A stretch of 64,000 bases of DNA, taken from positions 148,428,001-148,492,000 of the forward strand of contig OZ024741.1 of the NCBI GenBank assembly GCA_964016885.1. The letters run 5' to 3'. The notes beneath the pieces were generated by a model that was given only the letters and a program-made list of their open reading frames with translations, had not been told where the DNA came from and made no database searches. Below are positions 1-13,260 of the stretch, piece by piece; position 1 is the stretch's first letter, and every line of letters begins with the position of its first letter. The position numbers and the translations under genes are program-made. The DNA comes from Eledone cirrhosa. Taxonomy: Eukaryota.

Positions 1-668
1 CCGGGCCTGTTCGAGATGCGCACAGGGTGACGAAACCGTCCTGCACTCACTCGTCCAGTGTCCGAGCATTGCTGACCTGTGGGTTTATGTCAAACACCTG
101 CTGTCACGTGTAGGACGATCCGGCTATCAGCTGAGTTCATCGTGAGGATTGCCCCACTGCCTTCCTTTAGCCGGGAAGGGCAGGCACTTTTTATCTGGTG
201 GACACGTCTGAAAGGGTTGAAGACGGGTACTTTCCTTTTCGGTGACGCCCTCATTAACTTTTTCAGGTTTCACCTGAAAAGGAAAATCTGGGTGCAAAGG
301 GAAGTGCTGCCTTCCAGCCAGTTTGTTGAAAGGTGGGTGAGAGAGGCAAGAATGGCCCGTGTGAATGGGCCTACCTTGAGCGTATGCCTGTAGCATCGTA
401 GGAGGAAAACTGGAAGAGGGCACTTGCCCTAGCAGTCAGGGTAACTGTGGCTTTTTTGTGGGCTTTCCCCACGAGCGACACTCAGAAGTCTCCCTCCTAT
501 TGGGGAATTTTTCATTGTTTCTTTTTTTTGTTACATCCTCTGTTTTTTTGGGTTTTTTTTTTTACATGCAGAAATCCCCATTTGTACCGTCCTGTGTTGT
601 CCTTAATGTTATACTTTGTGTCAACCCTTGTGGTTAATAAAGAAAGCATTATTATTATTATTATTATT
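1..668 (+). mobile_element. 3' end of an L1/Tx1-clade LINE (zinc-knuckle C-terminus, 3' UTR, AATAAA, (ATT)n tail)
   Basis: Frame from base 2 reads RACSRCAQGDETVLHSLVQCPSIADLW, the CxxC..ET..H...CP..W knuckle typical of L1/Tx1 ORF2. It continues after a frameshift into ORF 79-393. aataaa near 636 is followed by (att)n. Confidence 0.7.
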
Positions 669-790
669 CAAATCCCGTCGAGGTTAACTTTGTCTTTCAT
701 CCTTACGGGGTTGATAAAATAAAGTACCAGTAATACACTGGGTAATTGCTGGCCTTGTGCCAAAAGTAGAAACAATTATTATTATTAGTA
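667..790 (+). mobile_element. 5'-truncated tRNA-derived SINE
   Basis: Starts in a B-box (ttcaaatccc) and matches the SINE at 12712-12897 (ctttcatccttacggggttgataaaataaagtac ... gccaaaagtagaaacaattatt). Confidence 0.75.
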
Positions 791-1111
791 GTAGTAGTTG
801 TTGTAGTAAGGCGAAGGAGAAGAAGTCATTTGATACCTGATTATTCAAAACATTTTTTCTAATTTCTTCATGCTTTTTAATTGGCCAGACATTAATTTAC
901 TTGAACAAATTAGCTGAAATGTGAGAGGAAGGTGATCTGTCTACAGTATTTTTGTTTCTTAATTAGGAAATAGTGCCTGGAAATAGAAGAGTTCTATCTG
1001 TACTCTAAAACTCATTTATTTCACTTGATTAGCTAGTAATGACTTTTTGAATAAAAAAAAGAAGTGAGTTGTAGCCTGCCTAACATTTAAATTAGCTTTA
1101 CAGTTAACTTT

Positions 1112-1661
1112 TTAATCTTTTGGTCTCCTCATTTCATACCATACTGCCTGAAAACACTCATGGGTCTGGTCTATGATACAAGGCTATTCTATTTTAAGTT
1201 ATCTATATTTATCTAAACCTTTCTATCAACATTTTATGTAAGTATTTTTTTAATGTTTCACACACCAGCTTATCAATAATAACATTGATTATATCACAAA
1301 ATGACTAAATATTTTTGAAAATCATTTGAAGATCATGTATGCCAATGAAGTATGCCAATGAAATGGTTAACAGTTTAGGTCCATTTAATTATGTTAATTA
1401 TCATTTAACTCTTTCATTGCCATATTTCTAATGAAAACATGTCCTATGATTTTCAAATCATTTTCAAAATAATCTGGATAATTTAGTAATATAACTAATT
1501 TTCTCATTATTAAGCTGGTGTTTGGAACATAACTTAACAAAAGTTCTTACATAAAATTATAATGGAAAGTTTCGAGAAATATATATAAACACTTTACACT
1601 AACCAGTTTTGTATCATAGAGCCAAGGATGGTTTCAGTTGGTTTGGTATCAAAAGGATTAA
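1112..1661. mobile_element. Two adjacent ~255-bp TTAA-flanked MITE copies (piggyBac-like ends), opposite orientation
   Basis: 1405-1661 runs ttaactctttc...caaaaggattaa. It is homologous to 10048-10301, 15254-15519 and 11450-11928. 1112-1370 is a more decayed inverted copy. Confidence 0.55.
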
Positions 1662-1763
1662 TAAAAATATGTTACCCACTGACTCAATTCTTCTGCTTCT
1701 TAACTCATAATTTCTCTTCTTTGGCAGAAGAATTCCTACAGAAAAAGTGTATTGTGTTATTTC

Positions 1764-1920
1764 TTCTGAGTTCAGATCCGATCGAGGTTAACTTTACCTG
1801 ATGTTCTTTTGATGTTCTTTATAAAATAAAATACAAGTCAAGCATTAGTGTTGATTTAATGGACAGCTACCCACAAAACCTGCAAATTTCCGGGTTTGTG
1901 CTTATGTCAGAAATGAATAT
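1764..1920 (+). mobile_element. Decayed SINE (same family as 667-790)
   Basis: gagttcagatccgatcgaggttaactttacc...ataaaataaaatac aligns with the other copies. Confidence 0.55.
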
Positions 1921-2065
1921 TTAGAATATTTAGGCAAGAGAGTAACTCAGTGATATAATAGTGATGTCTAAACCCATGCTAGCGTGGAAGATAGACGTTA
2001 AACGATGATGATGATGATGATTATATATATATAATATATGTTTGTGTCTGTACTTACATATATAC

Positions 2066-2548
2066 ATACACACTTACACCTCTCCAAGACAATGTCACTG
2101 GACCGAGATCTTTGGCGCTACACAGTAATACAGAAGACCCGCCTTGCCTAAGTACAAAGCGAAACCTACAGTCAGTAGGCACCTCTAACAAAAATACATC
2201 CCCGTCCCACCACCCCACCCCATCCACACCACCCCTTTCGATGTAAAGTTATGTTGGTACCACAACATCCAGTCCGAAATAAATGAGGTTGTGTAGGTGT
2301 CACGACAAAAAAAAAAAAAAACACACAGTCCATGCTGTAATGTGGCTGTATAGGTAACATGGTAAAAACCTCCCAGTCCACACTGTAAACATGGTTGGTG
2401 TTAGGAAGGGCATCCAGTCGTAGAAAACCCGCCAGACAGTCCTATACGAGCAAGACAACCAATGTTGCCTAAAGTGGGAAAATTCCCGTCCTAACCCATG
2501 CAAGCGTGGAAGATGGACGTTAAACGATGATAATGATGATGATGATGA
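2066..2548 (+). mobile_element. RTE LINE family B, extreme 3' end with (GAT)n tail
   Basis: Near-identical to 31405-31876 and to the reverse complement of 44341-44810. Encodes HLSKTMSLDRDLWRY; ends gacgttaaacgatgat. Confidence 0.9.
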
Positions 2549-3153
2549 TATAAGAACGATGAAATTTTGTTTACTTGTATTTAGATTTTTATTATGTTTC
2601 GACCTGTTACGCACGTTTCGCAGAGGATTGGTTCAGGGTCACCCATAGATGTTATGGACATAACTCCCTTATCGATCTGCTCTTCTGACTGCGATGCAAC
2701 AAAAAATATAGTGTTGTGATTTGTGAGGTGATGAGTGCATATATAAGCATCAGCCCTATTTTTTTGTATGTGGGCATCTTTGTGTGTATATATACACATG
2801 TATATTCATGTGTGTGTAATGATTCATATGTGTCAGCATGCTTGCACGCATGTGTTGGTATGTGAATTGGATATTCAAAATCTAGCTTTTATGTAGGCAA
2901 GAAGCTGAATGGGAGCGTGACTATTCGCGTGGTGGTGTACAGTGTGTTACACTGCGATCACCCAGTATAAGGTCATTGTATCCTTAGTGACAATTCCCAG
3001 TTGTATTGTAACTGGTGTGTTTTTGCATTTCTCTATGTGTTTTTTGAATGAAGAAGCATTTGATTCTAATGTGTAATTGTCGAGTTGTGCTGCCTATATA
3101 GAAATTATCACACATAATTGCATTAGTCAGTATATATATATATATATATATAC

Positions 3154-3636
3154 GTTGCTGAATTGTCGTTTTGATAAATGTAATGTATTTTCACTTCATT
3201 TTCTTGTCTCTCCAACTTTCTTGGTCCATTTACCTATCAGTATTTATATTAAACTTCTCGTAATTATGGTCGAATCTGAAGGACCTTTAGAATAATAATC
3301 TGCTCGTTAACTTCCTTTGAGAACCTTCCTTCTTTCCCCCTCTCTATTTCCCTCATACATTGTTTATATGCTTACATGTTCTCTCACCCCCTCCCTCCCT
3401 CTCTCTGCAAATATAAAATAAATCTGTCGTGAGTTATGAATTCAGAATTTGTCGAATCCTTACTGTTGCTGAATTGTTGTTTTGAGAAATGTAATGTATT
3501 TTCACTTCATTTTCTTGTCTCTCCAACTTTCTTGGTCCATTTACCTATCAGTATTTATATTAAACTTCTCGTTTAACTTCTCATAATTATGGTCGAATCT
3601 GTAGGACCTTTAGAAAAATAATCTGCTCGTTAACTT
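3154..3636. repeat. ~160-170-bp direct repeat pair (3154-3313, 3465-3636)
   Basis: gttgctgaattgt...atctgctcgttaactt occurs twice with few differences. Confidence 0.85.
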
Positions 3637-3829
3637 TCCCATTTCTCTCCCCACACGCCACTATTACTATTTGGTCCAATCATAATTCAGAGGCTTATAA
3701 TATGTTTCTCTTACCAATCTTTCACAAAACCACCGCCTCGGCTATTACTACTTAAGTTTAGACTGGGTTGCTTTGCAATATGCTAGATGGACTACAGAAT
3801 TTGGAGAGTCTGAAGAATCTGAACACTCA

Positions 3830-6089
3830 ATGACAATGTCAAAGATAAAGATAAATTCACTTCCTGTTGCCGGACGAGAATGCAAGGACTCCTCTTTATT
3901 TCAGACACGGATAGCTAACATAACTCCATCTCCCTAACCCCTCCCTGCACCTCCAACCCCGAACTTCAGAGTTGGTACCATGAATGTAGGCACCTTAAAA
4001 GGTCGCTCAAATGAGGTTGTAGAGATGCTTGAACATAAGGAAGTTGATGTTTGTTGTGTTCAAGAGACTAGGTGGAGGGGTGGGTCTGCTAGATTCATTG
4101 TGGGTAAAAAACGATGCTATAAACTTTTCTGGGTGGGAAATGACAATGGGCTGGGTGGAGTAGGAATCATGTTAGCAGAAAAATGGTAGATAAGGTAATT
4201 GCCGTAAATAGAGTGAACGACAGAATGATTAAAATAAGACTAGTCCTAAACAGAAATACTGTGACAATAATATTTGCTTATGCACCCCAATCTGGACTAC
4301 CTGGCGTTATAAAAGACAGATTCTATGAGTCACTAATGCTCACTACCCCCCAAATAACCGACAGTGACTACATAGTTATCGCTGACGACCTAAATGGCCA
4401 TGTTGGACAACTTTGTGACGACTATGACGGAATCCATGGAGGCTATGGGTTTGGTACTAGAAATGAGGAAGGATTCAGAATCCTGGAATTCTGTGACGCT
4501 AATAACCTAACTATCTGTAACACAAACTTCAAAAAATGAGACAATCACTTGATCACCTATAGATCAGGGGAACACGCCAGTCAGATAGATTATATCCTTA
4601 CCAGAAGACGTGATAGAGTGTCTGTCGTAAACACTAAATCCCTCCCCCACGAAGAATGCATTCTCAACATAGCCTCATAGTTAGTGACCTCATAGTCAGG
4701 ACTAGACGTACTCGACAACAGAGGAGGACTACCCCGAAGAGAAGAATATGGAAGTTAAAGGACCCCACAGCCAGTTACAAATTTAAAAGCATATTACTTG
4801 ATGCTTTTGACAGTAAGGAAGAGCAATTAGAGACATACAATATAGAGAAACAGTGGGAATTCCTGAAAATTAACCTGCTGAAGGCAACAGATGAAATCTG
4901 TGGCTGGAGCAGACCTATAGGCAGGAGGAGAGTAACTTGGTGGTGGAACAGTAAGGTGGAGGAGTCAATTAAGGCCAAAAAGCAGGCTTGGAAAGTATGG
5001 CAGGATGGGAGAAGTAGAGAACACTATCAAGTAGCCAGGAGAGAAGCTAGGAGACAAGTGTACCTTGCAAGAAGGGAAGCAGAGGAAAGAAAGTTCAAGC
5101 ATGTTCTACAACGCGAGGACCAACAATGTGAGGTGTTCAGGATTGCAAGACAATGTGTCAAGGAAAACCGTGATATTGTCGGGGAGAAGTGTGTCCATAA
5201 TGATGATGGTGTACTTGCCATCACTGATGCTGATAAGAAGGTAGCTTGGAAGTGTCACTATGAAAGACTACTAAATGAGGAGAATAAATGGGAAAAAGAT
5301 AGTCTGCCCCAAATCGATCCAATAGAGGGACCAGCAGTGCAAGTTAAAGGTAGTATAATAAGTAAGGCAATCAAAGATATGAAGACAGGCAAGGCAGCTG
5401 GGCCTTCGGAGATAGTTGTTGAAATGCTGAAAGCATCTGGAATGGTGGGACACACTATGGTCACCCGGACAGTAAACCAAGTCATACAGAATGGGGTCAT
5501 ACCAAATGACTGGCGTAGCAGCATCATCATTAACTGCTACAAGGGTAAAGGAGATGCCCTAGATAGGGTAAACTATAGAGGCATTAAATTGGTTGATCAG
5601 GTCATGAAGGTCACAGAAAGAGTTATAACGCAACTAATCAGAGAACGAATTGATCTAGATGAAATGCAGTTTGGGTTTGCGTCAGGTAAAAGTACCACAG
5701 ACACTCTTATCCTTGTACGACAACTACAGGAGAAGTACCTAGCTAAAAGTAAACCCCTATACTTAGCTTTTGTTGACTTGGAGAAAGCCTTTGACAGAGT
5801 CCCCTACTCCATTATCTGGTGGCTCTTAGAAAACTAGGTGTAGATGAATGGCTTGTGAGAGCTATACAAGCTATGTATAAAGAAACAGTCAGCAAGGTTA
5901 GAATTAACAACGAATATAGTGAAGAATTTAGCGTAAAAGGTGGTGTTCATCAAGGCTCTGTCCTTAGCCCCTTCTATTATTATTGCCCTTCAGGCTATAA
6001 CAGAGGAGTTCAAAACCGGATGCCCATGGGAACTTCTATACGCAGATGATCTAACTCTCATAGCTGAATCGATGGCTGAACTAGAGAAA
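3830..6089 (+). pseudogene. RTE-clade LINE APE endonuclease-RT, frameshifted and 3'-truncated
   Basis: ORFs 3980-4189 (MNVGTL, VQETRW), 4183-4539 (YAPQ, DLNGHVG), 4656-5837 (NYRGIKL, FVDLEKAFDRV) and 5940+ (LLYADDL). Homology stops after ESMAELEK. Confidence 0.92.
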
Positions 6090-7770
6090 TTGTATAAGGA
6101 GTATCAAGAATTGAAAAAAATAAAAATCAATGATGACTTACAAAGCAATTGGAAAGATGAGCTCAAGGAAATTTTTGACGTTGCAAGCGAGGATGTTCTT
6201 GAACGAAAAGATGTCCTATCTGAAGACAAAGCTTTCCTTGAGACACAGCAAGAAAATATCGAATGTCTTAATTCATGGCTGGTGTTGATGCAGAAAATGT
6301 GAGAGCCATTCAGAAGGAAAAGAAGGTTCGTGATATGAAAGTAAAAAAGATAAAGCAGGATGAAGTCAAGAAGATATCCGAGAAAGTAATTCTTAAAAGT
6401 TCATCATACAGCTCAGCTAATAGTGATGATGATGAAATCTTCAAGTCAGCACCATCCCCAAAATCACCACAATTAAAGCCAACTCTTGACACACACTTGT
6501 TGCCACGTGGGAACAGGAGAAACTATCGGTACAAAAAGCAAATATGTTTTGTATCATAATTGCAAAGAATCTTGGTTATGATGTATCTGAACTCTTGATT
6601 TCCCCTCAACTGTTTATCGAACAAGAACCAGTCACTGTGAGAAGATGGCTCGGGAAATTGAGTTATCTGGTTTCTCACCTGAAGACAGATCCTGGCAAGT
6701 CCTCCACTAAGATGGTAAATCATTACCATTGGCTTTATGATCCAGCACACTTGTAGATCAGATTGCAGTTTTAGTTACAGGGGGAAAAAAAGGAGGAGTT
6801 CTTAGGTGTTCCAATTGCGAGAGATGGAACTGGACAACAAGTTGCTGAAGTCATTTTGAAGGTAATTCAATGACTGTTCAAAAAGTTCCATGACTGTTGG
6901 GACTCCATCAATAAGTCTCATTATCAAACTATCCTGGGTGATGATGAGCCCATGGAAGAGATGGTTGAATATCTACTGAATGTACTGCTTTCTGAAGATC
7001 ATCCCTTAGAAGACTATGTCAAGTTCATAAATCTCTTCATTCTCTACCATGGTTGTTAGCCACCCACCCTCACCCCAGTTTTCTTCTTGGTCCCAGGAGC
7101 TTACCATTAGGCTTGTTAGATGGTTAAGGCCATGTATGTGATGATAGTTCTGTTCAAAGATCAACTTAAGCTTACACCACGTAGGTCGAGAGATCTACCA
7201 AAAGGCATTTACTTTGTATGTAAAATTCTGGAACAAAGCAATGGTTCCCAGTTGGACCCCAAAGAATGATCCCGATTTGATGAAGTTGCTACTAATGTAT
7301 CCTGACCAACAGATCTGAACTGTGTCAGAGACTGTCCTTTGGCATCACCTGTGGTACTTGTCAGAAGAGTTAGAAGTGTTGGCTTTTTTGACGATGGACT
7401 TAGACTGAATGAAAAGAAAAAATATTCCAAAATCTAACAAAAGAAGAAAAAAGAAAGGGATGAAGGTTGAAAGGAAAGGAATGGTTTTGGCAACAAAGAA
7501 CTTGACTTAGTTATGAAGAAAACAAATAACTTTTTCGATCTGCTTGACATTGTCCTGAACAATTTTGATTTTACCACTGACAGCGATATCAAAGTATCAG
7601 TTGATGCCCTGAAAGTTGTGAATGCCACTGATGAGTGAGGTGTTTATCTTATAATGGTTCTCCGAAGGATGACAATCCGAAACAGTTCCTCTTAAAAATT
7701 GTTGCGAGGCAAAGGCAGCAAATGTCCCAGAGGAAAACGGGCACTGTTTCCAGTTATAAATTTCATTCAT
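6090..7770 (+). pseudogene. Decayed DNA-transposon transposase, hAT-like (probably hATm-type)
   Basis: Disrupted motifs IFDVASED..EDKAFL..MAGVD, VDQIAVLVT..EFLGVP..DGTG, PGAYH, HHLWYLSEEL..LAFFD, ALKVVN, KQFLLKIV match a widespread invertebrate transposase family. Superfamily assignment is inference. Confidence 0.65.
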
Positions 7771-8097
7771 AAAAAATGTATCTCTATTTAATCCTAATAT
7801 TATTGTATATTTATAATATTTTTCTCCTGCTTATTTTCATTTCATTTTGTTCTGTCATGTGGTTTCCTCATTAGATTCAGTAAAGTGAACAGAAAGGACA
7901 ATTTACTACAGGCTAAATCAAAAAAGTCATCATAACTAAAAAGATGTGAAAGTGTGCAACCTCTAAGTATTCGATAGACATATAATTGGGCATACGTCAT
8001 TATTTCATCAACGGGTACATGGGCGTAATCAACAATAGATGATTGGAGAATAGTTTGCAAAATGGAACACCCTAATATACATATATATATTTATGAA

Positions 8098-8233
<136 letters not shown>

Positions 8234-8359
8234 ATCTGAGTTTTTCGAATATTAATAATAATATTCAATTCGTTTGCAATTATGCAAACAGCCTCTTTTA
8301 AGCTATGTCAGTAGAATGAGCCCCTCATTTTTGCTCTTGTATTAGCATGTAAACAGAAC

Positions 8360-8402
8360 TGCAGACACTAATATTTCTGGGTGATTACCCTTCATCAGTG
8401 CA
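8360..8402 (-). ncRNA. Minimal type I hammerhead ribozyme motif
   Basis: Minus strand: tgca-CTGATGA-a-gggt(aatc)accc-a-GAAA-tattagtg-TC-tgca. Stems I and II are intact; GUC site. Confidence 0.65.
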
Positions 8403-8473
8403 TTTTACTGTTCACCTGCCAGCTGTCAGAGCTAGTGAAAATATATGATTGTTAGTTATATATATATAAATAT

Positions 8474-8565
<92 letters not shown>

Positions 8566-8567
<2 letters not shown>

Positions 8568-9195
8568 CATCATCATCACCATCATCGATTAATGTCTATC
8601 TTCCATGCTAGCATGGGTTAGACAGGAGATATATATATATATATGTATATATATATCTCCTGGGTACAAGCTGAAGCATATAGACAATATTCCCCCACAC
8701 CCCCACTGCAAGGTGGTCGTGGAGGTGCCACGGCAAAAAAGCACCCAGCCCACACTGTAAAGTGGACGTGTAGGCACCATGAAAAAGCACCCAGCACTCA
8801 CTGTAAATGAGGTTGGTGTTAGGAAGGGCATCCAGCTGTAGAAATCAAGCCAAATCAGTTCCTGTATGAGCAAGGCATGGTCAGCCGACCAGACACTGCC
8901 CACAACAGGACAACCCGTCTAACCCATGCTAGCGTGGAAGAACGATGATGATGATGATGATGATGATGATGATATATGTGTATCTATATATATATATATG
9001 TGTGTGTTTGTGTATGTGTCATCATCATCATTACTGTTTAATGTCCATTTTCCATGCTAGCATGGGTTAGATGAGTTGTCCTGTTGTTAGAAATACTAGG
9101 TCAGATGACCATGTCTTGCTCATACAGAACTGATTTTGGCTTGGTTTCTACAGCTGGATACCTTTCTTAATGCCAACCACATTTACAGTGAGTAC
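8566..9195. mobile_element. Cluster of RTE family A 3' UTR fragments (8566-8628 minus, 8660-8973 plus, 9019-9195 minus)
   Basis: Matches the 3' UTR of 18369-18670 / 21363-21680 (ggttggtgttaggaagggcatccagctgtagaa; cccatgctagcgtggaag-(gat)n). Confidence 0.85.
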
Positions 9196-9209
9196 TTGCA
9201 TGCAAATGT

Positions 9210-9690
9210 ATCAGGACTTCTCAAGCATCTTGAAATCAAACCGCAATGACGGTCTGATCTTATCGAGCCATAAAAGTGGTTACGACCTTGACTGACTTAA
9301 GGAAAACCTAATAGCCAGGTTCAATGTTTAGAACTAAAGATCACTGTAGCCACCAATTTGACTGGCAAAGGTTATTTAGGCATCAACCAAGAGCTTCGCA
9401 CACACACACATTCAGAGCTTGCCACCCCACCAGCTTAATGAAAAATTAACTTATATACACTAGGTCTCATATTATCCTCCGAAGGTCTTTAAAAACTTCA
9501 TTAGAAATACCAGTACTAGGATTTCTAAACTTTCTTCTAACAAGGCCATCTTTGACAGAGCAGTACTTTACTATAACACTGTGTTTGCCAACAGTGGTTT
9601 CTCCGATAAAATTTCTTACTCCCCTTCTAACCACACTACCAGTAAAAAGAAAAATAGAAAGAAAAATATAATTTGGTTCTGCCCCCAAAA
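9210..9690 (+). pseudogene. Penelope-like RT relic (YRDD-type)
   Basis: Plus-strand translation gives RNDGLIL and YPPKVFKNFIRNTSTRISKLSSNKAIFD...YYN...RKKNIIWFCP, homologous to ORF 33571-34737. Confidence 0.7.
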
Positions 9691-10047
9691 AGACTATGTT
9701 ACTTAAAAAAACTATGTTACTTAAAGGTATATAATTCTGACATTCACACTTATCTTGGTATGATGCAATATAGGGAAGACTATTCTTTCTTGGTACAGTG
9801 AAATAGTTCAATATTGGCAATGATGGAGATAGTTGAATTTTTAAGATGTAGAGGTATGCTAACATTCATGTGGTTGAGGTTGGAATAGAGGAGGGTAGAC
9901 GCTATAACCAACCACTCCACCCTGCAACCCCCATGAGAAACTGATAAATAGGGGAAGGCCTCCATTCCTACATTTCCATCATTGAATATTAGCAAAGCTA
10001 AAATTTAGAATTTCTGTAAACTCTCCTTGAAAATATAACAATTACAG

Positions 10048-10301
10048 TTAACTCTTTTGATACCAAACCACCTGAAATTGCACTTGGTTCGACAATATGA
10101 AATTTTTGCTTTTAAGTGTTTATATTCATCTGAAAACTTTTCGTTATAATTTTGTGAAAACTTGTGTTAAGTTATGCTCCAAATGTCAACTAAATAATTG
10201 AGAAATTTATTATATTACCAAATATCCCCAAATTTCTAATTATTTTGAAAAACCATACAACAGTGTCTTTCATTAGAAATATGGTAATGAAAAGGGGTTA
10301 A
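10048..10301. mobile_element. TTAA-flanked MITE copy
   Basis: ttaactcttttgatacc...gaaaaggggttaa; reverse-complement homolog of 1405-1661. Confidence 0.6.
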
Positions 10302-10779
10302 AATACATATTCTCTTATCAAAATGTTATTTTCAATTTCTAAACTTTTCAATTTAAAGTTTTCTCCTACTTTTGTCAGCAATTCTAAATCATTGAAGGCT
10401 GAGGCAATACTTTAGACAGTCTCTTAATAATATATCTTCCACATGTTTCAGATGAACGAGATAAAAGCCTTTTAAATTGGATACTGTGTATATTTGTTAG
10501 AATAGGTGTAGAGCTATTTCTGTTGAATATATATATATAGTATTGGCAGGTAATGTCACCATTTTAGATTGGTGGCCTGTTTTTGGCAGGAGCCTTAATG
10601 AAAACTTCACTGCTGCTAGTCAACTGGCTGCCATATTGCCATACACTTGATGCTTGCTAAACTTTGACCTATTCCTCCAATTTGATATTGTTTTTGTTAT
10701 TTCAGAGATGATTCCTCTCTGCTGATCGGAATATCAATTAACATTTTCACATTTAAACGAAAAAAAAAAAGGATTTTTT

Positions 10780-11045
10780 AAGGAAAGAAAGAAAAATGAA
10801 AGATGGAAATTAATAAATAGATAAAGAAGACAGAAAGAAAAACATAAAAGACAAAAGGAAAGAAGGAATTAGGAGAAAAAGAAAGACTGAAAGACAGAAG
10901 GAAAGAAAGAAATAAAAAAAGAAAGAAGGAATGAGGAGAAAAAGAAAGACAAAAAGAGGGATAGATAAAAAGAAAGACAAAAAGGAAAGACTGGAATAAA
11001 AAGAAATGAAGATACCAACCAAGAAAGCAGGAAAGAAAAGTTTTA
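10780..11045. repeat. Purine-rich (GA/AAAG) low-complexity tract
   Basis: Almost exclusively A/G, with the internal repeat aaagacaaaaggaa. Confidence 0.8.
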
Positions 11046-11449
11046 AAAGAGTTGATAAATTGAAAGTGAATCAATTTTCACAAGCTATGATAAAGTTGTT
11101 TTGGATTTGATGGAGTTACAAGAGTCGCTATATACACAATATGGAATTGGTTAAAATATTGGTGGAATTATACATAATATGAAATTAGTTAGAATATCTG
11201 TGGAGCACTAAACTATATAGAATTGGTTAAAATGTCTTTGGAATTCTATAGGACTATCAAAAATGTTCACTGAAACTAAGTTAACCATTTCAAAAATTTG
11301 TATTTATGAATGGTTCTTTTATTCTTTTATTTGTTTCAGTAATTCAAGTGCAGTTATGTTGGCAGAATAACAGATAAACAAGAAAACTAACAAGAACCTT
11401 TTCAGATTTTCCACATTATTTAAAAAATGTTCATATATAAGAGAAACAC

Positions 11450-11928
11450 AATCCAAACCCATTGGTTCTATGAAAAAAAACATCTCGTTTTAAATTGCCT
11501 ATATTTAAATGAAAATCTTCCTTTATAATTTTCTGTAAAAATCTTTTGTTAATACATTATATCTTCCAAACATCAGCATTACCTATCTAATGAAAGATAC
11601 TGCTTATCATTTCAAAAATTTTTTGCAAATAATAAAAAAATTGAGGTTTTTTAGTTAAATAATTAACTTTCTCATTGTCAAACTGATATTTGGAGTATAG
11701 TTTAACAAAAGTTCTTACATAGATTTATGATGGAAGTTTTTTTAAAAATAAATATAAACACTTTAAAATAAGTAGCTTAGTACCATAAAACCAGGGTTGA
11801 TGTTATGTGGTTTGGTATGAAGAAGTTAATAATTTTACTGGATTGTTCCAAATTGTTCATCATTTTCAAAATTAGTTAAAATACATAGGTAGCGTGTTTT
11901 ATTATAAATATAGTCATGAAAGGGTTAA
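11450..11928. mobile_element. Nested or adjacent copies of the TTAA MITE family
   Basis: tttaacaaaagttcttacata...ggtttggtatgaagaagttaa and a terminal gaaagggttaa. Confidence 0.5.
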
Positions 11929-12711
11929 TATAATTTTTTTCTCTATTTTTGACTTCAGCATATGGAGCTGTAAAAAGATTAGAAGAACTTCGAAAGAGAA
12001 GAAATGGGAAAAAATCTTCATTAGTAAATATCTTCTAATCCAGTTATATTTTCTGTAACAATTTCTGTTAATATCTATTGCCTTTTTTTGTTTGGAGACG
12101 ACAATCCAATCATATGATTTAACCTCAGGTGTAAGGCAGTGATAAGAGCTTGTATTGTACAACAAACTCTTTGACAAGTTTTGTTGTAATCAAGAGACTC
12201 CCATTGACACCCTGTTACCACTGTCACTACCACCACAACCACCCTCACCAATAGTAGAACACATCTGCTCAGCCATGTTCTATGTGGTTCTAGATTTAGA
12301 TAGTGGCTTATTGGTAACTTGATAAGTTTTGTGCAGATATCAGTTCAGTTAGTGTTAACATATTTAACTCTTTTTTTTATACCAGCTCACCTGAAACTTC
12401 CCCTGGTTCTTTTTGAAGACATGTTAATTTGTGATTTGAAAGAGATTTGGCTGCTATTTCTAACAGACCATGGACAAAACATGGACCACCCTTTAACAAT
12501 TCATAACACCTAGCAACTACCCAGCCTAGGGTGACAGGTGAATCCATGGGAAGCAGCATTGTGGGTGTGCAATCTTAATAAAGGAGTCATCCGTTCACAG
12601 TGATGCTGGACAAAGGAGCTACTCTGAAATCAATGGCCAGAATTACGAAGTGCTTGAAGTATATTACTGCTAATATCTACAGACCTGACGACTAGATATT
12701 ATTAATTCTTA

Positions 12712-12897
12712 AGGGCGGTGGATTGGCAGTATTAGTAGAGGGTCGTACACCATGCTTTGTGGCATAGAGTTACGCCCCTTTACGGTATGAGTTCAAATCC
12801 CGCCAAAGTTAAGTTTGTCTCTCATCTTTACGGGGTCGATAAAATAAAGTACGAGTAATGCACTGGGATAATTGCCAAAAGTAGAAACAATTATTAA
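12712..12897 (+). mobile_element. Full-length tRNA-derived SINE
   Basis: A-box-like tggcagtattag, B-box gagttcaaatccc, central catctttacggggtcgataaaataaagtac, (att) tail. Confidence 0.8.
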
Positions 12898-13260
12898 TTC
12901 TTAATGTCCTGTACCACATGAAACTGCATTCTTGAAATGTACAAAATAAAACTATGACTACATCACATTAAGAATTTATTTTTACAATTTTTACAATTAT
13001 CTGTCCACTAGTAAAGATATAAACATTTGAATTAATAAACCAGTTTTTAGATATTTTTCTGTTAGATCATTACAAAATGTTAAGAGTTAATTTATCTAAT
13101 ATTGCAATCCAAGCAAGCCCAACCAGATGATCTATCAGGTTGAGTGACCATGTAGAAGCTCCTTCATTGGCTCAAGATATATGTGTATGCGAGTGTGTAT
13201 TGGGTGGAGACCCAGTCACTTCTACTGGGAAAGTGTTGTGGGGAGGTGAAGCTGGTGCAG

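Noticed and set aside
2595-2645. Hammerhead-like string on minus (ctgaacc...gaaacgtgcgta)
   Set aside because: Core and stem II are too degenerate; the same applies to strings near 46260-46290 and 62805-62850.
7950-8075. Right terminal inverted repeat of the hAT-like element (caacctcta at 7965 or gaacacccta at 8074)
   Set aside because: The left end is deleted, so neither candidate can be paired or given a TSD.
9467-9865. 132-aa minus-strand ORF as a host gene
   Set aside because: Antisense shadow of a plus-strand PLE RT relic.
10445-10745. Possible exons after tttcag acceptors (10451, 10706), and a similar case at 1727
   Set aside because: Weak or absent donors and no recognisable peptide.
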